From: Thermodesulfobacteriota bacterium
Lineage (GTDB): Bacteria; Desulfobacterota; Binatia; Bin18
Length of the DNA: 64,000 nt
Direction: 5' to 3'
Assembly: GCA_964291405.2 (NCBI GenBank)
Contig: OZ219926.1
Span: forward strand, 4,544,001 to 4,608,000
How positions within the stretch are numbered: position 1 is the stretch's first letter; each line of letters starts with the position of its first letter. A program made the translations under genes and the position numbers. The notes beneath the pieces were generated by a model. That model saw only the letters and a list, made by a program, of their open reading frames with translations, did no database searches and was not told the DNA's origin. Below are positions 19,011 to 26,770 of this stretch, one piece after another.

Positions 19011-19901
19011 TCAGAAGCCCATTTGTGCTAGTGCCGGAAGAAACGGCGCAACAACAGGTCCAAAGACTTGCATATGATCTGCCAACATAGACATGAAAGA
19101 ATGATAATGTGTCTTGAAGTCTTCGGTGCCACGACTGCCCCTCATCTCCTCAATGAGGGATGTCATTTTGTCTATGATTTCCTGCTCTGCGGAGGCATTT
19201 GCGACCGCGTCCAATATCTGTGTGAATACCCTGTCGGAAGAACTTGAATCTAATTGAGCCTTCTGTTTGACGTTATTACTTCCGGTTGCCAAGTTTTGAA
19301 CGGTGCCGGTGATATGAGTATTGAAAATCTGTACAACCTTTTCTCCCGGAACAGGATTCGAGTTTATGGCAGCCTCGCCAGCGTTTGGATATTCCTTCTC
19401 AATCTCAAGGACAAAGTTCAGCACTCTGGTGCGAACTGTATCCAATATGGCGATCAGGCTGGAGCGAGGGAGCAATTGCCACGCGCTTAAACAATTCATG
19501 CCTTCGTAGATTCGTTCTCCAACAATGCTTACGAGGTCGGGAGGCCAACTGAGCCTGGAATATTCATCTCCTGCGAGATTGGCCAGTGCGCTGATAGGCA
19601 TATTGATTTTTGAAGTTTGAATAGGCTCACGTGCTTCCTCCGGCAAGGCGATTGGAGGGATTGGCGCGTTTTTCATCTGTCGCCCAAAAGGGCCAACAAA
19701 GTGGCCATAAGAATGGACGTTGAGCACGCGATAAGCTGGTAGTTCATCTTGGTCAGCATAGCCATTCAACTCATTATCGATCCAGCGAGAAAATTCTTCA
19801 CTTCCAAGTCTGGCCGCCAGTACCTTACACTTTCGAAGAAGTGTTGCGACCTGAGATTGCTCGTCGATTGCTGCTGCTTGTATATCCCGTAGCAAACTCA
19901 T
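19011..19901 (-). CDS. AbiTii-domain protein
   Basis: MSLLRDIQAAAID...LLRKCKVLAARLG...WIDNELNGY...LPAYR typical of AbiTii; GGAGGAG RBS; more AT-rich than flanks. Confidence 0.8.
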   Translation of the reverse strand: MSLLRDIQAAAIDEQSQVATLLRKCKVLAARLGSEEFSRWIDNELNGYADQDELPAYRVLNVHSYGHFVGPFGRQMKNAPIPPIALPEEAREPIQTSKINMPISALANLAGDEYSRLSWPPDLVSIVGERIYEGMNCLSAWQLLPRSSLIAILDTVRTRVLNFVLEIEKEYPNAGEAAINSNPVPGEKVVQIFNTHITGTVQNLATGSNNVKQKAQLDSSSSDRVFTQILDAVANASAEQEIIDKMTSLIEEMRGSRGTEDFKTHYHSFMSMLADHMQVFGPVVAPFLPALAQMGF

Positions 19902-19949
19902 AGCTCCTCCAGAGCCTTAACGCTTTCAATCAGCCGGTCTATGGAATTC

Positions 19950-20927
19950 CTAAAATAAGTATAGGTATTTATCTTCGTAGTCCCTAGCGTTTTTGAACAT
20001 CGTATAGGTGAAAAACCGGCAAATCGCCTCTTTCCGTTCTGACGGCATAGAGTCGTAGTATTGCGGTGATATGACGAAATTTTCACACGATTCTAGGATA
20101 AATTTTGAAAGGAGGTATTTCTGTAAATACGCCTCACTTGATAGAAGCGGATGTAAATATGCGCTAACAAACGGTTTATCTCTTGGGATTGCTGACAGGA
20201 CAACCGCTACGTTGTTGTCTGTCGGGAATACGTTGAGTGTGACGCGAGGTGTTTCTGGTGCGTCAATATCGTCGAGTGAAAGCATGGAACTTACGGCAAT
20301 TGACGGTGGCTGGTTTCGGAAAAGAAGAACATGATGTTTTAGTTGTGACCAGTCATGAGATAAATAATATTGATCGAAATAGCGTTTGTATTCATAGCTT
20401 TCACGGGCGTTGAGGATACGAGCGGTTGCGTGCATACCTACGTCACACGGCTCGGTACCTGGAGATAATCCAACTTCAATTCGCTTCTGGTATGTAGATT
20501 GAAAAAGAATCGCGCTCTGAAGTACCGCGTAGTATTCTCGAAGAACTGCGCGATATGCCAACAGGAAAAGGTGGTTTAGGTTATTGAGGTCCGGTAGTTG
20601 GTCGTCTATAGGCTGGAAAAGATCGTTGTCGTGCTTCGCGCAGAGACCACTGAACGTGGTGGCTCTATTCTTACCGACACGATTGAAAGAGACTAGTGGC
20701 TGCGGGAGTTTGAGCTTCACTTGGGGCATTACTACATGGCCGTTGTCGCTTAATCGTTTGAGAACGGTGCCGCTGGGAATGGAATGTGCTCGAATTGCCC
20801 GTTGGTCGCAGCTCTCCATTGGTTCGAGACATTGATCTGTAGAACTGCCATAGATCTTGAAGATATGGTTAACAACTTCAAGGTTTGCCTGGTCGTTTAT
20901 ATCTCTAGGCAATTGATATCTCCCCAC
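19950..20927 (-). CDS. Uncharacterised protein with N-terminal Cys/His (HNH-like) cluster
   Basis: 325-aa AT-richer ORF; CLEPMESC...AHSIP...FSGLCAKHDN; possible TTG start at 20912 coupled to the hsdS stop. Confidence 0.7.
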   Translation of the reverse strand: MGRYQLPRDINDQANLEVVNHIFKIYGSSTDQCLEPMESCDQRAIRAHSIPSGTVLKRLSDNGHVVMPQVKLKLPQPLVSFNRVGKNRATTFSGLCAKHDNDLFQPIDDQLPDLNNLNHLFLLAYRAVLREYYAVLQSAILFQSTYQKRIEVGLSPGTEPCDVGMHATARILNARESYEYKRYFDQYYLSHDWSQLKHHVLLFRNQPPSIAVSSMLSLDDIDAPETPRVTLNVFPTDNNVAVVLSAIPRDKPFVSAYLHPLLSSEAYLQKYLLSKFILESCENFVISPQYYDSMPSERKEAICRFFTYTMFKNARDYEDKYLYLF

Positions 20928-22035
20928 CCATCAACCGTGGCAGCAGCACGTCACGGGCTTTTGCAAGTTCTTGACTGTATTTTTCCAAACGATTCATCTG
21001 CTCATAAATTGCCGTGGTGTGTTGCTCAAACAGGGTAAGAATCTTGTTGTCCGGCAGAAGGAGAATCCGACTGTGGGCGAAGTCTCGGTTGAGGCCGGGA
21101 ACTGCGACATCTGTGTTGATAAACCGCGTGTGGAGCAAAGCATAATACAGGTAAATGGAGCAGTGCTTAGCTTCGATGAAATATACGGTGTCAATGGGAT
21201 AGAAGTCATCCTTGCTCCAGTGGACGCTTCCGGCGTTGCCTTTTCTGCCTACTATAATCGCTGGTCCGGGAACGAGCGCTTTTTCATGCGTTCCGACTAC
21301 TCCGCTTGAACCAAAGACTGGAAACGGCCCAGGTATCCGATGGTCTTTTTTGAGCGCCTTTCCATAATTCAGAGGAGCAAATTCACCTAACGGTTTCCTC
21401 TCCCACCCCTCCGGCACCCCGTCCTTAACCTTGACGTGCTCATGCCCAGGGAACCGAAGCCGCACGAACCACTCCTTGTAGAGCAGCCGCGCTGCCTGTT
21501 CTAGCAATTGAATCCGGCGTCGGTTGTTTTCAATCAGGTTATCGTAGGCGGAGAGGATGGAGGCGATACGGCGTTGCGTCGTACGGTCGGGGAGCGGAAG
21601 GCGGAATGCTGAGAGCACCTTGGCGTTCGCATTCGGCTGCGCAGCTCCTCCGATACGCGACATAATAAATCGCCTGTAGACATTAGATTCGACGATGCGA
21701 CCAACATAGCCTGGATCAGCTTTCTGTGGGTCAATACGTATTCGAACGAGATAGGAAGCGAATACGGCTTCCGGTTTATTGCGAATCAACTTAGCGTAAC
21801 CGACGGTTGCGCCAGTCCGGGCAATCACAATATCGTCGCGTATCAGTGAAAACTTGTTCTTACTCTTTTCGTCTATCTTACAGTAGGGAACAGAATCCCA
21901 GTCTATTTGCGACGGTACGATGTCCGTTATGCGCAAGAAGTGCGGCCCGATCGGTTGATCCGTTGCAGATGCCGTGTATCCATATTGCACAGACTTCGCG
22001 ATCTCAGCCAAGCTCTTGACTGATAAAGCCGTCAT
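20905..22035 (-). CDS. hsdS: Type I RM specificity subunit
   Basis: Two TRDs; QRRIASILSAYDNLIENNRRRI spacer helix; ARDVLLPRLMGGEI C-terminus. Confidence 0.95.
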   Translation of the reverse strand: MTALSVKSLAEIAKSVQYGYTASATDQPIGPHFLRITDIVPSQIDWDSVPYCKIDEKSKNKFSLIRDDIVIARTGATVGYAKLIRNKPEAVFASYLVRIRIDPQKADPGYVGRIVESNVYRRFIMSRIGGAAQPNANAKVLSAFRLPLPDRTTQRRIASILSAYDNLIENNRRRIQLLEQAARLLYKEWFVRLRFPGHEHVKVKDGVPEGWERKPLGEFAPLNYGKALKKDHRIPGPFPVFGSSGVVGTHEKALVPGPAIIVGRKGNAGSVHWSKDDFYPIDTVYFIEAKHCSIYLYYALLHTRFINTDVAVPGLNRDFAHSRILLLPDNKILTLFEQHTTAIYEQMNRLEKYSQELAKARDVLLPRLMGGEISIA

Positions 22036-22047
22036 CCTCCCAACTCC

Positions 22048-22269
22048 TCAACCTTCATGTTCAGGTATATTTTTCAACAAATCCCCGTACATTTCCGGGT
22101 CCGGCTCAATTTCTACGACTTTGCCATCCCGCATGACAATAACGCCGGTGCCGGCCTGGTGGGCGATGAGGTGGGCGCGTTGAGCGGCACGGAAGAGAGC
22201 GGCTGGAGCCGCCTGCATGTCGGGGTCCGCCAATTTGGATACCGGGACTTTGTTCTTGCTCTTCGTCAT
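22048..22269 (-). CDS. Small hypothetical protein, putative partner/antitoxin of the zeta-like ATPase
   Basis: 4-nt overlap with upstream ATPase; ALFRAAQRA...VIVMRDGKVVEI. Confidence 0.65.
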   Translation of the reverse strand: MTKSKNKVPVSKLADPDMQAAPAALFRAAQRAHLIAHQAGTGVIVMRDGKVVEIEPDPEMYGDLLKNIPEHEG

Positions 22270-22790
22270 TGGCCGTTACTTCCTTCGTCTTCCAGAACAG
22301 GTATGTCACCACTGTTGTTGAATTTTTGCCAATGGTCAACGCAATGGCGGTAGGTCTCTTGAAAATTACGCAAGCCCGTACGGAAACGACGACGTATGAC
22401 GTTTTCCGGGACCCCGTGTCCGCCCAGGTAGACGCGCTTGGCAACCCTAGCGATAGCCTCTTCAGGTGTCGTCAGGGATAAAAATATCAATTTGACAGTA
22501 TATCCGTCTGTCCGCCATTGCTTGATTTTTTTCACATAGCCTCGGCCTGCCAGCGTTGTTTCAAAGGCGAAACTCCTTCCCGCGTGAGCATGAGCGTTGA
22601 TTTCTTCCAGCATCAACCGACCGGCGCGAATGGCTGCGGTCTCGGGCCGGAAGGGTGACAAGCCCGTCGCTATCAGGTCGGCGTTGACAAAAACCGGGCA
22701 ATCCGCCTCGTTGGGCAGGTATTCAAGCGCAAAAGTCGTTTTGCCAGCCCCGTTTGGTCCGGCAATGATAATGACTTTCTTATCCGGCAT
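22266..22790 (-). CDS. Zeta-toxin-like P-loop kinase/ATPase (COG4185-like)
   Basis: IAGPNGAGKTT, FVNAD, FAFETTL, RVAKRVYLGGHGVPE. Confidence 0.85.
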   Translation of the reverse strand: MPDKKVIIIAGPNGAGKTTFALEYLPNEADCPVFVNADLIATGLSPFRPETAAIRAGRLMLEEINAHAHAGRSFAFETTLAGRGYVKKIKQWRTDGYTVKLIFLSLTTPEEAIARVAKRVYLGGHGVPENVIRRRFRTGLRNFQETYRHCVDHWQKFNNSGDIPVLEDEGSNGQ

Positions 22791-23790
22791 TCAAATCTGC
22801 CCATACCTGCCGTCCGCGCGGGGTAGGGCGGTATTTCTGATTTCGGGCGTTGGGTGTGTCGGGCTGTGTCATTTCAATGTAACCGTCCTGCAATGCAGGG
22901 AGAAGATAGCGTTGTCGTAGTGACTTACGATCTTTAAGCCCGAGCGCCTTTTGAATCTCCTGTCTCGACATTTCACCTTCTAGTACGGCCAATAATCGCT
23001 TTACTTGGGGGGTTACTTGGGGGGGTACTTGAGGGGTTACTTGGGGGATGCGTATGGCTTCGAGAATGGTGTCCAACATGAACGCAATGAACGAAGTGCT
23101 GCTGCCTTCTGCCGAACTCCGCCGAATGGCTTCGTAATAGGCATCCTGCTTGGCGTGAATCAGACTTTCTACGGGAATATGGGCGAACAGCGGTTTCCAG
23201 CGTGTCAGAATCAGCGTTTGCCAGAGCCGTCCCATCCGCCCATTGCCATCTTCAAACGGGTGGATGAACTCGAATTCGTAATGGAAAACGGAACTGGCAA
23301 TCAGCGGATGCTCATCAGTGCTGCCGAGCCATACCAGCAGATTGGCCATAAGCTGGGGTACCCGCCGGGCGGGCGGGCCGATGTGGTGTATCTGACCTTG
23401 ACCCATTACGGACACTTGGCCTCGACGATAGTGGCCTGGAGCATCCAGCAGTCCGGTCATCAGCAACTCGTGGGCGCGCAGCAGGTCGGCCTCGCTGGTG
23501 GGATTCATGTGCTGGTATTGGTCGTATGCGCGGATGGCATTCCGCACCTCTTGAATGTCTCTCAACGGGGCGGCAATAGGCTTACCGTCGAGAATCGTGG
23601 AGATTTCCGCCTCACCCAGCGTGTTGCCTTCTATGGCAAGGGAGCCGTGAATCGTGCGGATACGGTTGATGCGCCGCAGGCGCAAATCCTGCGAAATGCC
23701 TGCCGCTTCGACTCGCCCAATTGCCTCGCCGACCTGCTCTACGCGAGTCAGAATCGCCGGTGTGATGGAGTAGGGCGGCTCTTCGCTCAT
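22780..23790 (-). CDS. Fic-domain protein with C-terminal HTH
   Basis: SLAIEGN; complete HPFEDGNGRMGR catalytic motif; TPQV linker repeats. Confidence 0.92.
   Translation of the reverse strand: MSEEPPYSITPAILTRVEQVGEAIGRVEAAGISQDLRLRRINRIRTIHGSLAIEGNTLGEAEISTILDGKPIAAPLRDIQEVRNAIRAYDQYQHMNPTSEADLLRAHELLMTGLLDAPGHYRRGQVSVMGQGQIHHIGPPARRVPQLMANLLVWLGSTDEHPLIASSVFHYEFEFIHPFEDGNGRMGRLWQTLILTRWKPLFAHIPVESLIHAKQDAYYEAIRRSSAEGSSTSFIAFMLDTILEAIRIPQVTPQVPPQVTPQVKRLLAVLEGEMSRQEIQKALGLKDRKSLRQRYLLPALQDGYIEMTQPDTPNARNQKYRPTPRGRQVWADLNAG
23002..23049 (-). repeat. 12-bp tandem repeat x4 encoding (T/I/P)PQV
   Basis: atcccccaagta acccctcaagta cccccccaagta accccccaagta on the minus strand. Confidence 0.8.
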
Positions 23791-25847
23791 AGCCCCAACT
23801 CCTCGAAATTCTTCTTAATCGTCGCTGCCAGACTGACCGCCTCGGCGTTGAGGTCTTCCAGCTCGGTATGAATCTCGCGTAGGGCTTGCCTGAAGTCGAA
23901 GTCCTCGTCTTCCTCTTCGGGCGCGACGCCGACGTAGCGACCAGGAGTCAGGCTCCAGTCGTTGGCTTCGATCTCAGCCCGGTCCACCAGCTTGACCAGC
24001 CCGTCTACGTCGCACAGCTCGGCCTCGGGGAAACGCTCAGTCAGCCAGTGGGCCTGACGCCAGAAATAGCACACCTGTTGGAGCTGTTCGACTACGCGCT
24101 GGCGCGCCTCATCCACGGCTTTGCGGGTGCGGCTGAGGTCGCGGCGTGCCTTGGCGTCAGCCGTGTTTTCGCACGTCTCGCTCAGACGGGAGGCCAGCTT
24201 GTATATCAGGTCGGCCTGTTGGGCCAGGTCGCGGCTGGATTCTTGAAAGGTGAAAGAGGAGGGCCGAAGGGCGCACTGAGTGGGGGAAGCCTCAAAATCC
24301 GTCCTTGTGGTTTGGATTGATTGACCGAATTGCTCAATGTCGTGAGTGAACCGTTTGATTTCCTGGGCCAATTCCTTTTTCAGAGTGTGCGCGGCTTCTC
24401 CCTTTTGTAGGGGTAATTCATGAATTACCCCTACGCATTTGTCTTTGAGTTTTTCCATAGCCGTAAGGAAATCGTGGGTCGGCTGGAGATTCTGGGCAGC
24501 CTCCAGCGAACGGCGGCAGTAGTCGGATACCAGGTTGAGAAACTTGTCGGTCTGGCCGCGATACAGCCAGACAATAGCCAAGAGGTTTTGCTGCTGCTCG
24601 GGGCTGAAGTCGTATATCTTGCGCGTGACCTTGCGGTAGACATTGCGGGCGTCGATCATCAGCACCTTGTCGCGGTGTGGCTGGGGCTTGGCACGGTTCA
24701 GGAACCAGAGCTCGCAGGGCACGGTGCGGGTGTAGAAGAAATTGGAGCGGATGGCGATCATGATGTCCACATCGCCGGTCTCGACCAGCTTCCGGCGGAC
24801 CTTGGCCTCATTGCCGCCGGCGCTTGACGCCTGTGAGGACATGACAAAGCCGGCCCGGCCCGTCTCGTTCAGATAGCCGTAGAAATAACTGATCCAGACA
24901 TAATTACCGTTGGAGACCTTGTCCTTCTTGTTCACGCCGGGCAGGCCGAAGGGCAGGCGCGGGTCTTTCTCGACCTTGTCGGCGTCAATCTCGTCCACGT
25001 TGAAAGGCGGATTGGCCATCACGTAATCGGCCTTGCCGGCCAACTCGTGCGGATCTTCGTAATAGGTGATAGCCTGCTGAACGTTCCCTTCGAGGCCGTG
25101 GACGGCCAGATTCATCTTGGCCAGCCGGATGGTGGTGGCGTTCTTCTCCAGACCACGGAAGGTCAGTTGCTCGGTGGGGCTTTGGCCGTGCTCTTCGACC
25201 GTGCGTGCGCTCTGGACGAACATGCCGCCCGAGCCGCAGGCCGGGTCGAGTACGGTGCCGCGCTGGGGGTCAAGCACATGGGCGATGAGCGAAACCAGGG
25301 AGACCGGTGTAAAGAATTCGCCGTTGTCGTGGGCCTTCTGGTCGGCGAATTGGGTCAGAAAATATTCGTAGATGCGGCCAAAGACATCGCCGGACACCTG
25401 CTTCAGTTCGTCCGGGTTGAGGAGGCGCAGGATATCTCCGAGGGTGGCGTTGCCCAGCTTTTGATACTCGTTCTTGGGCAGGACACCGCGCAGGTTGTTG
25501 TAGTTCGACTCAATGGAGTCCATCGCGTCCATGATGGCCTTGGCACGGTCCGCGCCGTCGGGCAGAGCCACGAGATGATCGAACTGGGCTTCCGGGTTCA
25601 GGAAGATCGCGCTCCGCTGGGAGAAGTCTTCCTTGGTGAGCGCCCTCCTCCTGCCGCCCCGGCTCGGCAGGGTGGGCTCGATCTCCCCCTTGGCCGTGAG
25701 ATAGCGGCTGTAGGCGTGACGCAGGAAGACCAGCCCCATCACGGGCAGGAAGTATTCGTTGCTGGCGTACTCGGAGTTGGCCCGCAGGGTGTCGGCTGCG
25801 CGCCAAAGCCGGCGTTCGATGGCCTCGATATGTTCGAGTTGGGACAT
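23787..25847 (-). CDS. hsdM: Type I RM methyltransferase subunit
   Basis: LWRAADTLR, GEFFTP, DPACGSGG, ANPPFN, SLTPGRYVG. Confidence 0.96.
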   Translation of the reverse strand: MSQLEHIEAIERRLWRAADTLRANSEYASNEYFLPVMGLVFLRHAYSRYLTAKGEIEPTLPSRGGRRRALTKEDFSQRSAIFLNPEAQFDHLVALPDGADRAKAIMDAMDSIESNYNNLRGVLPKNEYQKLGNATLGDILRLLNPDELKQVSGDVFGRIYEYFLTQFADQKAHDNGEFFTPVSLVSLIAHVLDPQRGTVLDPACGSGGMFVQSARTVEEHGQSPTEQLTFRGLEKNATTIRLAKMNLAVHGLEGNVQQAITYYEDPHELAGKADYVMANPPFNVDEIDADKVEKDPRLPFGLPGVNKKDKVSNGNYVWISYFYGYLNETGRAGFVMSSQASSAGGNEAKVRRKLVETGDVDIMIAIRSNFFYTRTVPCELWFLNRAKPQPHRDKVLMIDARNVYRKVTRKIYDFSPEQQQNLLAIVWLYRGQTDKFLNLVSDYCRRSLEAAQNLQPTHDFLTAMEKLKDKCVGVIHELPLQKGEAAHTLKKELAQEIKRFTHDIEQFGQSIQTTRTDFEASPTQCALRPSSFTFQESSRDLAQQADLIYKLASRLSETCENTADAKARRDLSRTRKAVDEARQRVVEQLQQVCYFWRQAHWLTERFPEAELCDVDGLVKLVDRAEIEANDWSLTPGRYVGVAPEEEDEDFDFRQALREIHTELEDLNAEAVSLAATIKKNFEELGL
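24407..24434. repeat. Perfect 28-bp GTAG-type palindrome inside hsdM
   Basis: GTAGGGGTAATTCATGAATTACCCCTAC is its own reverse complement; related copy at 57870-57897. Confidence 0.85.
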
Positions 25848-25856
25848 ACTCGCCGC

Positions 25857-26663
25857 TTACAGCGGGTGTTGTGACAGGAACTCCTTGAAGACAGTGAGAA
25901 ACGGATCACGCGCCGAGGACACAAAACCGTGTCCGGCGTTGTCGAAAATAGCCAGTTGCGCGTTCGGAATCTCTCGGGCCAGAATCTCTGAATTGGCCGC
26001 CGGAATCAGCACGTCGTCGCGCCCGGTGGCGACCAGGGTCGGGGTGGTGATCTCTTTGAGCTGCCGGTACACGCGCAGGGTCATGGTCGCATCCAAGTGA
26101 CGCTTGTAAGCAAAGAAAGGGGTGGAATGTTCCAGGACACGACGCATGGTGGCTTCGAGTTCGTCCCGATGGGCGGCGATATATTCTTCTGTGTAGGACA
26201 ACTTCCAGCCCTCCCGAACAGCTTCTTCCGGCGTTTGTCCGGCGCGGCCTTTGAGCGCTTCCATGGATTCCGGTGGGGCAGGGACGGAGTGCTTGCCGCC
26301 TGGGGTGGTACAGCCCAGGGTCAAACTCGCGACGTGCGGCTGGTGGTGAATGCCGATTTCCTGGGCAATCATGCCGCCCATTGAAATACCGAAAATATGC
26401 GCGCGCGGAATGTCGAGCGCACTCAGTAAGCCCACGGCATCGCTTGCAAACAGCGCAATGGAGTAGGGCTCATCCGGTTTATCCGACTGCCCGGTGCCGC
26501 GGTTGTCATAGGTGATGACCCGATAGTCGTCGGCCATGCGCGTAACAAACTCTTGGTCCCAGGCCGCCGCCGGCCCGCCCAAACCCATGATGAGCAGCAG
26601 CGGCTGACCCTGCCCCTGACTCGTATAGTGCAGATTGATCCCATTCACCTGTGCGTATGACAT
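25857..26663 (-). CDS. Alpha/beta hydrolase
   Basis: YDNRGTG, GISMGG nucleophile, AGHG; start MSYAQV after GAGGAAG. Confidence 0.88.
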   Translation of the reverse strand: MSYAQVNGINLHYTSQGQGQPLLLIMGLGGPAAAWDQEFVTRMADDYRVITYDNRGTGQSDKPDEPYSIALFASDAVGLLSALDIPRAHIFGISMGGMIAQEIGIHHQPHVASLTLGCTTPGGKHSVPAPPESMEALKGRAGQTPEEAVREGWKLSYTEEYIAAHRDELEATMRRVLEHSTPFFAYKRHLDATMTLRVYRQLKEITTPTLVATGRDDVLIPAANSEILAREIPNAQLAIFDNAGHGFVSSARDPFLTVFKEFLSQHPL

Positions 26664-26770
26664 ACTCTTCCTCCTTTGTGTGAACGTCTTATCCAGTTGC
26701 GGGGAGAAGCGCAAATCGGAGAGAGGACGCTATTTACCGATTCGTACGGTTTGGTATAGGTCCATAGCAT

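Noticed and set aside
15849-20927. Complete integron or cassette array
   Set aside because: No intI, no full attC hairpins, mixed orientation; only a degenerate attC-like trace at one gene.
20905-22035. Phase-variable hsdS shufflon
   Set aside because: Single hsdS, no silent TRD copies, no invertase or flanking inverted repeats seen.
23005-25874. Long plus-strand ORFs (288 aa, 275 aa) opposite fic and hsdM
   Set aside because: Shadow frames of well-supported minus-strand genes.
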